Virus record (IMG/VR): IMGVR_UViG_3300025387_000046
Coordinates: 1 to 34,405 of that record
From: a virus
Lineage: Duplodnaviria > Caudoviricetes
Direction: 5' to 3' (one strand)
DNA: 34,405 nucleotides
Shown here: one piece after another, positions 16,648 through 25,330 of the stretch
Layout: each line of letters begins with the position of its first letter
Numbering within the stretch: the stretch's first letter is position 1
Notes under the pieces: model-generated
Databases searched by the model: none
What the model saw: only the letters and a program-made list of their open reading frames with translations
Told to the model about the DNA's origin: nothing
Position numbers and translations under genes: made by a program

Positions 16648-18191
16648 TTATGTTCCTTGTGTTTTCTAAGCGCTTCTTTCATATACAAAAGAGGTGACGC
16701 AGGTGGTGGTATTTTATCAACTGGCGCTGATCTTTTATGCTCTCTTAATGCTTCTCTAAAGTGATCTAGTAACTTTGCACCAGCATCTGAACTACCATTC
16801 CCGAGGCTAGCCACAGTATCAGCGTCAAAAACATACTCACCATCAGCCAGCATAGCGGGGATGTCGTCCGACTGTCCGTCGCCTTTTCCTTTGACGTAGT
16901 GGCCTGTTGCGCCTGTAATGAACTCTGGGACATGGGGTGCGCCTCCATCTTTATAGCCATAACTTGGGGCCCCTAGCATTTTAAGGCCTGAGTTAATCAT
17001 TTGTGAGCCTTCTTGCTGGTTTTGCTTTTGTGCCCACTTATGCAAAATGTCTTGTGTACCACCCCCCTCGGCCGCTATTGGCAACTCTGGTGTGGGGTTT
17101 TTACCTCCACTTTCACCTAGTATGGTTTGCACCATATTTGAGTAAGGGTTTTGTGTTGAGCCGCCTAACGCGCCTAGCCCACTTTGCATCATTTGACTAG
17201 TCTGCTTAGGCTGACTACCTGTAATAGCGTTTAATATTCTTGGGTCCACGTTATTAAGCTGTGGATACATTTGTTTTAATTGCTGTAAAATTTGTGAGTT
17301 GCCACCTGATACTGACGCGCCTGCTAAACTAGTACCTGAAAGAGTGCCGGGCAAAGCGCCGCCTGAAGAAGTGCCTGACCCCATTGTACCACTAGAGCCT
17401 AGTATACCTGAGCCTGCACCTGAGCTTGAGCCCCCTAATAAATTTGAAAGACCTGTTTGAAGAAGCTTGCTTGCTAAAGAGCTTGCAACCCCAGTTGCTG
17501 CAGCGGAACTTAAAGGGGGCGCTGTGTTGTATTCAGATGTTTGAGCTGCTTCATCCGCAGCAGCTTGTGCAGTAGCTTGAATGTCTGGATCAACAGGAGG
17601 AGTAGGGGGTGCAGGCTCCTGAAGATCTGTATTAGACAAATCAGGTGAAGGCATGTCAGGAGAGGTATTATACTCAGCTGTTTGCGCTGCCTCATCTGCT
17701 GCAGCTTGTGCTGTAGCGTCAATAGGCGTAGGAGGACTTAATGGAGGCGTAGGTGTAACATCGGGAGTTGGTGGTACATCAGGCGTAGGTGGACTTAATG
17801 GCGGAGTGGGTTCTGGAGGTGTAGGTGTAACATCAGGTGGTGGTACATCAGGTGGTGGTACATCAGGGGTCGGAGGTGCTTCAGGAGGTATATATGGATC
17901 TCCAACAGGGGCTTGAAGATCTGGATTTGCAGATAAATCAGGTGATGGTATATCGGTTGGAGGCGTATCAAGCAATCCACCGGACGCAACAGCGCCAGCA
18001 ACAGCAGCAACGGTGCCCCATCCACCAGGTACATCATGCCTTACTGCTTGATCTACTGATGTGCCGGTGTCTTCAATAACACGGTTTGCTTCACCGCCAA
18101 AATTACTAATAGCTTGACCTGGGTCACTAATAACGTTAGATAGTGTGCCAATAGGGTCACTAATAAAGCTGCCTATAAATCCGCCACTCAT
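16644..18191 (-). CDS. putative internal virion protein with Pro/acidic linker
   Basis: 515 aa; Pro-rich repeats; C-terminal VKG.GDGQSDDIPAMLADGEYVFDAD.V..LG.G conserved domain. Confidence 0.65.
   Translation of the reverse strand: MSGGFIGSFISDPIGTLSNVISDPGQAISNFGGEANRVIEDTGTSVDQAVRHDVPGGWGTVAAVAGAVASGGLLDTPPTDIPSPDLSANPDLQAPVGDPYIPPEAPPTPDVPPPDVPPPDVTPTPPEPTPPLSPPTPDVPPTPDVTPTPPLSPPTPIDATAQAAADEAAQTAEYNTSPDMPSPDLSNTDLQEPAPPTPPVDPDIQATAQAAADEAAQTSEYNTAPPLSSAAATGVASSLASKLLQTGLSNLLGGSSSGAGSGILGSSGTMGSGTSSGGALPGTLSGTSLAGASVSGGNSQILQQLKQMYPQLNNVDPRILNAITGSQPKQTSQMMQSGLGALGGSTQNPYSNMVQTILGESGGKNPTPELPIAAEGGGTQDILHKWAQKQNQQEGSQMINSGLKMLGAPSYGYKDGGAPHVPEFITGATGHYVKGKGDGQSDDIPAMLADGEYVFDADTVASLGNGSSDAGAKLLDHFREALREHKRSAPVDKIPPPASPLLYMKEALRKHKEHK
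17520..17965 (-). repeat. intragenic low-complexity and duplicated segments
   Basis: ATAQAAADEAAQT.EYNT twice, 141 nt apart; PSPDLS twice; tandem ACATCAGGTGGTGGT units (PPPDV) near 17830-17870. Confidence 0.8.
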
Positions 18192-18577
18192 AAAGTACCT
18201 CTCATTAAATACGGGTCTACTTCTTTAATATGTGTTTCATGATGAATACGTGTTATTCCACAACGGGTCATCACACGTTTTGCGTAGTCAGGCTTATCCG
18301 TATAAAGGCTAACGGTTTTAAAGCCATGTATTCTTAGTTGATTGATAAACTTTTCAGAAGCAGAAAGAAAATCCTTGGCGCTACCCCCATCTACAATGCC
18401 GAAATAAACATTAGACCCTTGCGGTAAATATGTAAATATAGTGTCATGGGTACGATAAAGTTTAAAACCTTTTTGCATAGCGTTATGCATCATAGCAATT
18501 AAGCTTGAATGATGAGCATTGACTTTATTCTTTGCAACATGATTTTTAGCAATTTGTACAAGTTCTTCTGGTTTCAT
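18188..18577 (-). CDS. hypothetical protein (129 aa), possibly GNAT-like virion-associated
   Basis: Start moved to ATG 18577 (ATGA overlap). The fold guess is weak and rests on position before the ejection genes. Confidence 0.55.
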   Translation of the reverse strand: MKPEELVQIAKNHVAKNKVNAHHSSLIAMMHNAMQKGFKLYRTHDTIFTYLPQGSNVYFGIVDGGSAKDFLSASEKFINQLRIHGFKTVSLYTDKPDYAKRVMTRCGITRIHHETHIKEVDPYLMRGTL

Positions 18578-18801
18578 ATGCTCATTATTCCTACTAATGC
18601 TTTTGCCCACGTTTGCCAATCTTTATATGCGCGTTGATCAGGCACTGCTGAATTTACAAAATACCCAATGCCTTGCATACCATCGGCCCATTGTCGCCAT
18701 TTAACCTCATTGACATACCCTAGCTGATTGGCAGCAAACAAGTCACACATTCTTTTACACCATTGGTCCCATGTCATACCCCTTGGGTCATATGTAACCA
18801 T
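18574..18801 (-). CDS. small Trp-rich virion-module protein
   Basis: 75-aa ORF DPRGMTWDQW...WRQWA...WQTWA; coupled to both neighbours. Confidence 0.7.
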   Translation of the reverse strand: MVTYDPRGMTWDQWCKRMCDLFAANQLGYVNEVKWRQWADGMQGIGYFVNSAVPDQRAYKDWQTWAKALVGIMSI

Positions 18802-20564
18802 TATGGGTTGCCTGTAGATCTTACATCGCCAAGATCTGCATGTAAAAGGATATTACCGCATTGATAATTGCCATTATAGTCATTGCTGGTGAATCTTAAC
18901 CGCATCTCACGGCGTTGTTCTTTCATGTCAATTTTAAGCGTGCTTGAGGTAAAGTAATACGGGCTGGACGCAACGTCCACATCATCCGCGTATCCCTTAC
19001 CCGTTACAATCAATGACATTTGTCCAGACTGCACAAAATCAGGCTCCACTCTTTCAAGCCTAATCCAGTTATTGGCTCCAGTAATAGATTTTTGACCTGG
19101 CCCGCCGCCAACCCAGCCAATAGAATTGGTCTCAAAATATGAGTTAATAGCGTCAACTTGCGTTAAATACACTTGGTCGGTGCCAATCTCATGCTGCCAA
19201 ATAGTATAAGTGCCTTGTGAATTGGTGGTGTTATCGGCCCATATAGGATACCGGAAGACCTCGGAGAATACGCCGGCTGATCTATTAGCCCCAATAGCTT
19301 GACCTGCATCATACCAAGTATTTTCACGCACGTTATAAATAATGGCGTCATTGCACTCGGTGGCAGACCCTTTTGGATAAAACCACCATATCTCGCCAAA
19401 CCGTGGAATCTTGGCAGCCCAAACTTTTTGACGCTGCGTAAAATTCAAATTATCAAAGAAATAGTTAATATTAGTATTATTAGGAATTTCTTGCACTACA
19501 CCGTTATACATCATAAACCTGTCAACGGCCACCCAATAAATAATACCATCGTATTCAATTGGTGAGTTAGATGAAACAATAGATGTACTTGTTGAGATAA
19601 TATCATACTTCCAATAGATGGTAGAAGTGCCTATGCTAGTCGGGGCGTAAGATACTCGAGTTACCTGATCTAAGGAAAAGAATAAGCCGGCTGGAGTAGT
19701 GGTACCCCCTCGTAAAGGCAAACCTCTTACCACTTTGGTAGAAGATACGTTATTGGCGTTGGCATCAGCGCCTACCCAGTTGGTAAAGTCCCCCGCCGAG
19801 CAATTTTGTATTAATCCATTATTGCCGTACACAAACAAATAGGGGTAGAGCATACAAGCCCCACCACTTACTGAAATAACATTATCAAATGTAAGCGTTT
19901 GTGAGCCTGAACTGCCTGAATTTGATAATACTACTGTCGTAACTGACCCGGTGACAATGGCGGATACCACAAGTGTACCTGCAGCCAAGCCACCACCACT
20001 TACTACTTGATTGGTCGCAATTTTATAATTAGCTGATGCTATGGTAAATAGGGTGCCTGAAATAACACCTGTGGCTGTAAATACCCCCACCGCTGTTAAT
20101 GTGCCTCCTGGAAAAGTACCAGATAATACATATGTATTAACTGTGCTATCTATATTGGTAAGATTTTGACCTGGGTGAGCAACAACTTGTAAAGCCCCAG
20201 TGCCGCTTGAGTTATACCCAATGTCAAATTGCCAAAGATTATTATTGTTTGAGATAAAGTAGTTGGTGTCTAGCGTTACAGATTGTGGGCCAAAACCTAC
20301 GCCATCCGTGTTGGCTGTTTGCCAATATTGCATAGAGTTGCTATAGCCTGAGTAGACATAGTTAATACCTTGCTGTGACTGCATGGTCATGCCACGTGAT
20401 ATGCCTGTAGCGTTTAAAAAGATACCTTTATAGCCGCCAATTTTTCTTGGATAGCCACGCTGAAATCTTACCCATTGCCCATCTACATATAAAGGCGCAG
20501 CAAAGACAGTACCATCTCTTTGGATACCGGGTTGAATGGCAAGTGAAACAACTTGTGCTGTCAA
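18801..20564 (-). CDS. putative tail nozzle / DNA stabilization protein (P22 gp10-like)
   Basis: 587 aa, beta-rich; PGIQRDGT...WVRF..G.P.KIGG, F.EIWWFYP, IYN..E..WY motifs; position. Confidence 0.65.
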   Translation of the reverse strand: MTAQVVSLAIQPGIQRDGTVFAAPLYVDGQWVRFQRGYPRKIGGYKGIFLNATGISRGMTMQSQQGINYVYSGYSNSMQYWQTANTDGVGFGPQSVTLDTNYFISNNNNLWQFDIGYNSSGTGALQVVAHPGQNLTNIDSTVNTYVLSGTFPGGTLTAVGVFTATGVISGTLFTIASANYKIATNQVVSGGGLAAGTLVVSAIVTGSVTTVVLSNSGSSGSQTLTFDNVISVSGGACMLYPYLFVYGNNGLIQNCSAGDFTNWVGADANANNVSSTKVVRGLPLRGGTTTPAGLFFSLDQVTRVSYAPTSIGTSTIYWKYDIISTSTSIVSSNSPIEYDGIIYWVAVDRFMMYNGVVQEIPNNTNINYFFDNLNFTQRQKVWAAKIPRFGEIWWFYPKGSATECNDAIIYNVRENTWYDAGQAIGANRSAGVFSEVFRYPIWADNTTNSQGTYTIWQHEIGTDQVYLTQVDAINSYFETNSIGWVGGGPGQKSITGANNWIRLERVEPDFVQSGQMSLIVTGKGYADDVDVASSPYYFTSSTLKIDMKEQRREMRLRFTSNDYNGNYQCGNILLHADLGDVRSTGNP

Positions 20565-21799
20565 AACCCGCCTCCTACTACACCGGCTGTTAACTGCCAG
20601 CCCGAAGCGGTTGCAATACCTATACTAGCACCATTGGCGGTGAAGCCAATTTGATTGCTGGCGGGCTGATAAATACCTGTAGTCAAATTGCCGGTAAAGT
20701 TAATGGAAGGCGAGGCCGCGGAGCCTGCGTTAACCGTTACACTGGCTTGACCGCTTGGTATATACGTATTGGATGAGAATACATTGGTACCATCACAAGT
20801 AATGGTAATCGTATTGCTTTGTGGAACAACGATGGTTGACCCGCCTACTGCCGAGGTTTTGAAAGTAAGTGTATACGCCCCCGTTGTGTTATTGGTAACT
20901 ATATATACCTGCACAGTAGAGGGAACTATGACAATTTGATTGCTAGTTAATGTGCCTGAGTAAGCTTGAATGGTGCTTGCGCCTTGGGCTGACGTCAGTG
21001 TTAACGTGCCGCCAGTAACGGACAAGGAAAGCTGTGTATAAGCAAAAGAATTAGACCTGCCATAGGCGTAAGTGTTATACCCGGTTGAGCCATTGGACAC
21101 AATAACAAGGGACTCAGTCAGCTGCAACTGCTGCGTAGAGTTGCCATCAATGGTATCGGTTCCAGATGGCGTAAGTGTTAAAATGCCTGTACCATTATTC
21201 TTAATAATCGCGAACCAGTTATTACCAACAGTTGTGGACGAGGGCAGTGTAATAGCCCCTACACCGCCGGACCATACAAAAAAGCTAGCTCTATTTTGCG
21301 CTGCCAATGTAATACTAGAGTAAACAGCAGTAATTGGATAAGCTTGATTTAACGTGCTGGATAGGGCAACTAAGCCATACCCTGCCAACGCGGAGGCGCT
21401 AGCCGTAGATGTACCCGCTCCCATTGCAATGTTTGACCATGTACCATTGGTTGTGGTGTTATTGGTCAGGTAAATATAATAAGTATTAATACTGCTGGAG
21501 CCTGAGCCCGGGGGTATAGCAATAATGGTGTTGGCTAGATTGTCGGTGACGGTGAAAGTGTTTGTACCAACATTTCGAATAATAAGGGCTTGCCCAACAG
21601 AGACTTGAAGCGCCGTGGGCAAATAAAGCAACAAACCCGTTGTGGTAGCTGTTACCTCAATAATATTGGCAGCAATTAAACCTGTATTGCCATTAACAGG
21701 CCAGGTCAAAAAGGTGCTTGTGGAGATGGTCAGCGATTCATACGCAACCTGTGAAGGTGATATAGTTTGCGCGGTAAAGGGATCGGTGTAGGTAGTCAT
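20561..21799 (-). CDS. tail structural / fibre-like protein
   Basis: 412 aa, T/S/G-rich beta repeats; GSA.SPS..F.G...TG.Y motif; ends GGGF. Confidence 0.65.
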   Translation of the reverse strand: MTTYTDPFTAQTISPSQVAYESLTISTSTFLTWPVNGNTGLIAANIIEVTATTTGLLLYLPTALQVSVGQALIIRNVGTNTFTVTDNLANTIIAIPPGSGSSSINTYYIYLTNNTTTNGTWSNIAMGAGTSTASASALAGYGLVALSSTLNQAYPITAVYSSITLAAQNRASFFVWSGGVGAITLPSSTTVGNNWFAIIKNNGTGILTLTPSGTDTIDGNSTQQLQLTESLVIVSNGSTGYNTYAYGRSNSFAYTQLSLSVTGGTLTLTSAQGASTIQAYSGTLTSNQIVIVPSTVQVYIVTNNTTGAYTLTFKTSAVGGSTIVVPQSNTITITCDGTNVFSSNTYIPSGQASVTVNAGSAASPSINFTGNLTTGIYQPASNQIGFTANGASIGIATASGWQLTAGVVGGGF

Positions 21800-22434
21800 T
21801 ATGAATCCTGTGCAATAGCTTGACGATCTGCAATACGAAGTTTATCTTCATTAATCAATACATCCATTGCTTCTTTATATTTTTCTTGGAAAACAGTGCG
21901 TTGATCATTCTTTAAAAATGGCATAAACTGCAACAATGTGCCATAAATGTAAGCGTTAGGGGCGTTTTGAGTAATCCAATTAGTTTGATTATTAGAGTCC
22001 AAAGGCTGAATCCGCTCGTAATAAAGCACTTCAAAAGGGTACGCCTGATCTGGTGGAGGAGACACAATCCAATGCCCGTAATCATAATCAGCGTAATACA
22101 AAGGAATGCCCGTAGAGGCCCCGGTATTATAGTTAAGGAGATACTCATACTTTCTTAGAAATACCGGCTGAGGCCCATTGGGACCTGTTACGTTAAACGA
22201 TACGGTTTTGCGCCATCTAGCAGGCTTTTGAATAATAGCCCCTGCACTGCCCGTAGTCATTGTGCTCTCAACTACTCTTTGCTGGCCCAAAGACTTCATT
22301 TGCTGAGCAATTTCAAACTCGCATAGCGTGATAGCAACGGGAATTTGATTGACCACCGCGGAGTCGGACCGCTCCAAATACTGCTCAATAGTAGTAATTA
22401 GATTGGAGTAGGTGAGAGCAAATGAGTCGGTCAT
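21799..22434 (-). CDS. putative head-tail adaptor / tail tubular protein
   Basis: TY..L...I..YLER, IP..I.L.E, P.PD.AY..E..YY, TNW....AP....YG.L motifs. Confidence 0.7.
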   Translation of the reverse strand: MTDSFALTYSNLITTIEQYLERSDSAVVNQIPVAITLCEFEIAQQMKSLGQQRVVESTMTTGSAGAIIQKPARWRKTVSFNVTGPNGPQPVFLRKYEYLLNYNTGASTGIPLYYADYDYGHWIVSPPPDQAYPFEVLYYERIQPLDSNNQTNWITQNAPNAYIYGTLLQFMPFLKNDQRTVFQEKYKEAMDVLINEDKLRIADRQAIAQDS

Positions 22435-22443
22435 CTAATATCC

Positions 22444-22911
22444 TTAAGCGTAAGCCCTTGTGCCTGCTTTATCAATGATAAGCTTGGATTTTTTGGGCGT
22501 GTCACCCTCATGTGTGGTAATGGCCACATGAGTCCAACGATCAAACTCACGAATCACTTGCTGGTAAGGTAAATCACTAGCAATAATTGCTTTAGTCACT
22601 TCATCCGGTGTCATGCCTGGGACTCGCAAATCAGCCGCGCACCCATGACGATGATCGCTAGTGTTCTTAGACCCTACCGCTGTGTTTACGGCCTCAGACC
22701 TAAAAGCGCTATTCACCATAATTGGCTTGCCGCCCAGTACAACTTTAACTTGCTCAAGAAAAGCAGCTAGGCGAGGCAGGTTAGCTATGGCGTCAATGGT
22801 TTCTTCTTTACCATCTATGATGCACTTCTCATGATCTGTAGGTGTGTTATCCAGCTCACGGTGATCGGTGTGAGTTAGTTCTTCAAATGTGAAATTAGGA
22901 CTGAGATTCAT
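22444..22911 (-). CDS. endolysin, peptidase M15A family
   Basis: MNLSPNFT.EE, NS.FRS..VN.AVG, S.H..G.AAD, E..WTHV Zn-ligand motifs; start placed at MNLS (22911). Confidence 0.9.
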   Translation of the reverse strand: MNLSPNFTFEELTHTDHRELDNTPTDHEKCIIDGKEETIDAIANLPRLAAFLEQVKVVLGGKPIMVNSAFRSEAVNTAVGSKNTSDHRHGCAADLRVPGMTPDEVTKAIIASDLPYQQVIREFDRWTHVAITTHEGDTPKKSKLIIDKAGTRAYA

Positions 22912-23125
22912 TTTGCGCCTTTCCAATATGGATACCTGTAATTAAGCCTAAGAAACCACCACAGATGGATTGAAACGCGGGCCCAACAATGTCAAACACA
23001 ATCTTATCATCCACGGTTGGATCAAGCACCGCTTGAACAAACATCCAAATCATTGATGCAATAACCCCCATTAAGGAGAGAGTTGCAATCATAGTTACAC
23101 ATCCTTTTAAAGTCCAGTCTTTCAT
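22895..23125 (-). CDS. putative holin (2 TM)
   Basis: 76 aa, two hydrophobic helices; sits between spanin and endolysin. Confidence 0.6.
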   Translation of the reverse strand: MKDWTLKGCVTMIATLSLMGVIASMIWMFVQAVLDPTVDDKIVFDIVGPAFQSICGGFLGLITGIHIGKAQNESQS

Positions 23126-23568
23126 TGTTTACTCCTTACTTCATTGTAGATGTCAACGCAGGCGTTGAGTTGCCTGATGGCTTTATCTCCGTCGGCGGCA
23201 ATGGAGATAAGAGTGTTAGCAGCCTCTGGGTCAAGTTCGGATCTTGCTTCTGTATTTCCAGAGGTAGGGGTGGAATCTGAGCTGGTTTGAACGGCGCGGG
23301 TGGCGATTGACAACCGAATAGCGCCACTAGCAACATCAGACTGTAGTTTCGCAATTTGTACTTTAGCATTTTCATTTGCCTTTCTTAATTCCGTAGCGTG
23401 ATTATCAGCTATTTTAACCATTTCTGCTTCTTTTTGCCGCTCAAGTAGATTAAGTCTAGCCACTTCAGCCTCTTGCTCAACATAAGCTTGATGGTGCCCA
23501 TAGAAAAAACTGCTTATGACTATGGACAGAATGCCTAATAAGATCCACGGGTTGGTTAAACTAAACAT
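23122..23568 (-). CDS. Rz: i-spanin
   Basis: N-terminal TM helix, coiled coil, G..RLSI and GD.AIRQLNAC motifs; contains an embedded lipoprotein gene. Confidence 0.88.
   Translation of the reverse strand: MFSLTNPWILLGILSIVISSFFYGHHQAYVEQEAEVARLNLLERQKEAEMVKIADNHATELRKANENAKVQIAKLQSDVASGAIRLSIATRAVQTSSDSTPTSGNTEARSELDPEAANTLISIAADGDKAIRQLNACVDIYNEVRSKQ
23136..23375 (-). CDS. Rz1: o-spanin embedded in Rz
   Basis: Alternative frame inside Rz; basic N-terminus, LLVALFGC lipobox, Pro-rich mature region. Confidence 0.82.
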   Translation of the reverse strand: MKMLKYKLRNYSLMLLVALFGCQSPPAPFKPAQIPPLPLEIQKQDPNLTQRLLTLLSPLPPTEIKPSGNSTPALTSTMK

Positions 23569-23756
23569 TATTTCTCTCTTTGTGCTTCAATTTCTTTTTT
23601 AAGCTTCTCAATCCGTTTCACATCCGCTTGCAGTAAGATCCTCTCCTGCCTAATATCCATATACAAAAACCCAAGTACTGGCAAAATCAAAACAAACAAC
23701 AACGCCAATACAATAATAAAAACTACATAGGCCCAGTCATTTGATTTATTGCCCAC
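23568..23756 (-). CDS. small single-TM membrane protein
   Basis: 62 aa; hydrophobic segment followed by a charged coiled coil. Confidence 0.7.
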   Translation of the reverse strand: MGNKSNDWAYVVFIIVLALLFVLILPVLGFLYMDIRQERILLQADVKRIEKLKKEIEAQREK

Positions 23757-24424
23757 ATCAGACCCGCAAAGTATATAGCCACGATTATTACCACCACTGT
23801 TGATGCAGTTCTAAACCAAAGTCGATCTGCCGCTTCCCTTTTTTCTGCCTCAATTTGCCGTCTTCTTCTAAATTGCGCCTGCTTCGCAAGTGCTTGCTCA
23901 TTTGCTATGGTGCCAATCATTTTGTTGACACGAGTGTATAAGTCTTTAAGCTCCGGAGGTACATGATACACCATGTACTCTCTAAGTTCTATTTGCATTT
24001 CCTCCATTTGAGATAGTGCCAGAACTCGTTGTACCGCTCTCTCCGTCTGATCCCCCGTCGGATCATACACGGTTTTAGACTTTTCTTCTTCTTCTGCAAT
24101 ATGTTCTTTCAAAGCGTTGTAGGCTTTAAAGAATGCTGTGATTTGTTTCCCAATCTCAGCGTACAAAGCTGGCGCGTTAAACTCCTCGGCCTGCTTTTTC
24201 TTCTTTTTTGGCTGGACTTCTTGCTTAACCTCTACCGGTGAAGGTGAGAATAAACCAGCAATCCACCCAAAAATCCCCTTTACCTCATTCCCGATTGCTT
24301 TGACCTCATTGGCGGTCTTAACAACGTCTTTAACTACAGCCTGCCCCTCTCGGAACATTTCACAGCCCTGTTTGACTAGCTTAAGGGCTGTGCTGGCTGC
24401 GGCTATAAGAGTAAAAGGATCAAT
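23723..24424 (-). CDS. coiled-coil protein with C-terminal TM; probable non-canonical ATT start
   Basis: The frame stays open 22 codons upstream of Met 24358 (IDPFTLIAAASTALKLVKQGCE) up to the TAG at 24427-24425; GGTGGGG lies 6 nt before the ATT. Confidence 0.65.
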   Translation of the reverse strand: MDPFTLIAAASTALKLVKQGCEMFREGQAVVKDVVKTANEVKAIGNEVKGIFGWIAGLFSPSPVEVKQEVQPKKKKKQAEEFNAPALYAEIGKQITAFFKAYNALKEHIAEEEEKSKTVYDPTGDQTERAVQRVLALSQMEEMQIELREYMVYHVPPELKDLYTRVNKMIGTIANEQALAKQAQFRRRRQIEAEKREAADRLWFRTASTVVVIIVAIYFAGLMWAINQMTGPM

Positions 24425-24598
24425 CTATAACCCCACCAACTTTTTGACAAACTCCCCAGCTGCCCCAGGCCCTAACAACACCGCGAATATAACACCATAT
24501 AACAAATACTCAATCTTGGTCATACGAGCAGTTATATTGGAGTATCTCTCGGCGCAGACGGCTTCATGGACAGCAAGGCGTTTGTCAACATCTTCCAT
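24425..24598 (-). CDS. small membrane protein (57 aa), XhlA/holin-like
   Basis: Manual ORF MEDVDKRLAVHEAVCAERYSNITARMTKIEYLLYGVIFAVLLGPGAAGEFVKKLVGL*; TAATG coupling. Confidence 0.75.
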   Translation of the reverse strand: MEDVDKRLAVHEAVCAERYSNITARMTKIEYLLYGVIFAVLLGPGAAGEFVKKLVGL

Positions 24599-24897
24599 TA
24601 CTCGGCCTTTTTAGCTTTCTTGGTTACTACTTCTTCAACTGGTGTTTCTTCAACAACCGGCGCAGGCTCTTCTTCAACCACAGGCGCTGGTGCAGCCACA
24701 ACTACAGGTGTAGGATCAACTACAGGAGCGGTGAAGGTTGAAGCGTCTGGCTGACCAAGAGGGGCAGGCGGGTTGACAATGGCGGGACCGGGCTCAGAGT
24801 ACCTGGTGTGCAAGAAGTCAATAAACTTATGAATCTCACTAGAAGCCTCGGTCTCAAAATCTTTAAGATGGCCTCTAATCTCTTTTAAAAATTGCAT
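24598..24897 (-). CDS. hypothetical protein with Pro/Glu-rich tail (99 aa)
   Basis: Start moved to MQFLKE (24897), which follows an AAGGA RBS. Confidence 0.7.
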   Translation of the reverse strand: MQFLKEIRGHLKDFETEASSEIHKFIDFLHTRYSEPGPAIVNPPAPLGQPDASTFTAPVVDPTPVVVAAPAPVVEEEPAPVVEETPVEEVVTKKAKKAE

Positions 24898-24907
24898 GTT
24901 AAATCCT

Positions 24908-25102
24908 TTATTGCGCTTGAGCTGGGGCCTCTGCAACAGGGGCAGATGCATCGGCAGCAGGTTGTTGTGGAACTTGCGCTTGAAGTTGGCCAATGACTTT
25001 TTGCATGAGTGGCCAAGCGTTCGATTGCGTAGGCATTTGCCCAAGCACATTCACTATATCCTTGATTTCACCTTCAAAAAGAGTTAGTGTGAGTTCATTC
25101 AT
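24908..25102 (-). CDS. hypothetical protein (64 aa)
   Basis: ORF with AGGA RBS; L.L...EI..I...LGQMP......L..K pattern. Confidence 0.7.
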   Translation of the reverse strand: MNELTLTLFEGEIKDIVNVLGQMPTQSNAWPLMQKVIGQLQAQVPQQPAADASAPVAEAPAQAQ

Positions 25103-25135
25103 TTTTTAACATCCTAAAAAATTGCCGTCATTAAA

Positions 25136-25330
25136 TCAGGCTGACGGGTTGCCTGGTGTTTCAATTATCCTGAGCAAAACCACGACCACGGAAATTATAA
25201 TGCCCACTAACATCTGATGAACAGGAGTCAGCGGGAAAACAAACAGAAAACCCTGCAATACGGACAGCACCGCAATAAACAACGCCCAAAGAACGTGCTT
25301 GTCTTTTAATAGCGTGGTAAGTTGGTTCAT
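25136..25330 (-). CDS. holin-like 2-TM protein (64 aa)
   Basis: Start moved to MNQLTT (25330, ATGA overlap); two TM helices ending LRII.T.P. Confidence 0.65.
   Translation of the reverse strand: MNQLTTLLKDKHVLWALFIAVLSVLQGFLFVFPLTPVHQMLVGIIISVVVVLLRIIETPGNPSA

Noticed and set aside
13298-17916. Antisense and alternative-frame ORFs in the track (e.g. 13298-13711, 14509-15009, 17653-17916, and similar ones elsewhere)
   Set aside because: They are shadows of long coding genes or low-complexity repeats, with no RBS or recognisable motif. Only the Rz1 overlap has positive support.
24898-25050. Upstream extension of the 24598-25050 ORF (and similar extensions at 3713, 18619, 22926, 25411, 33796)
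   Set aside because: They overlap the neighbouring genes, and the downstream ATGs fit better, mostly through an RBS or ATGA coupling.
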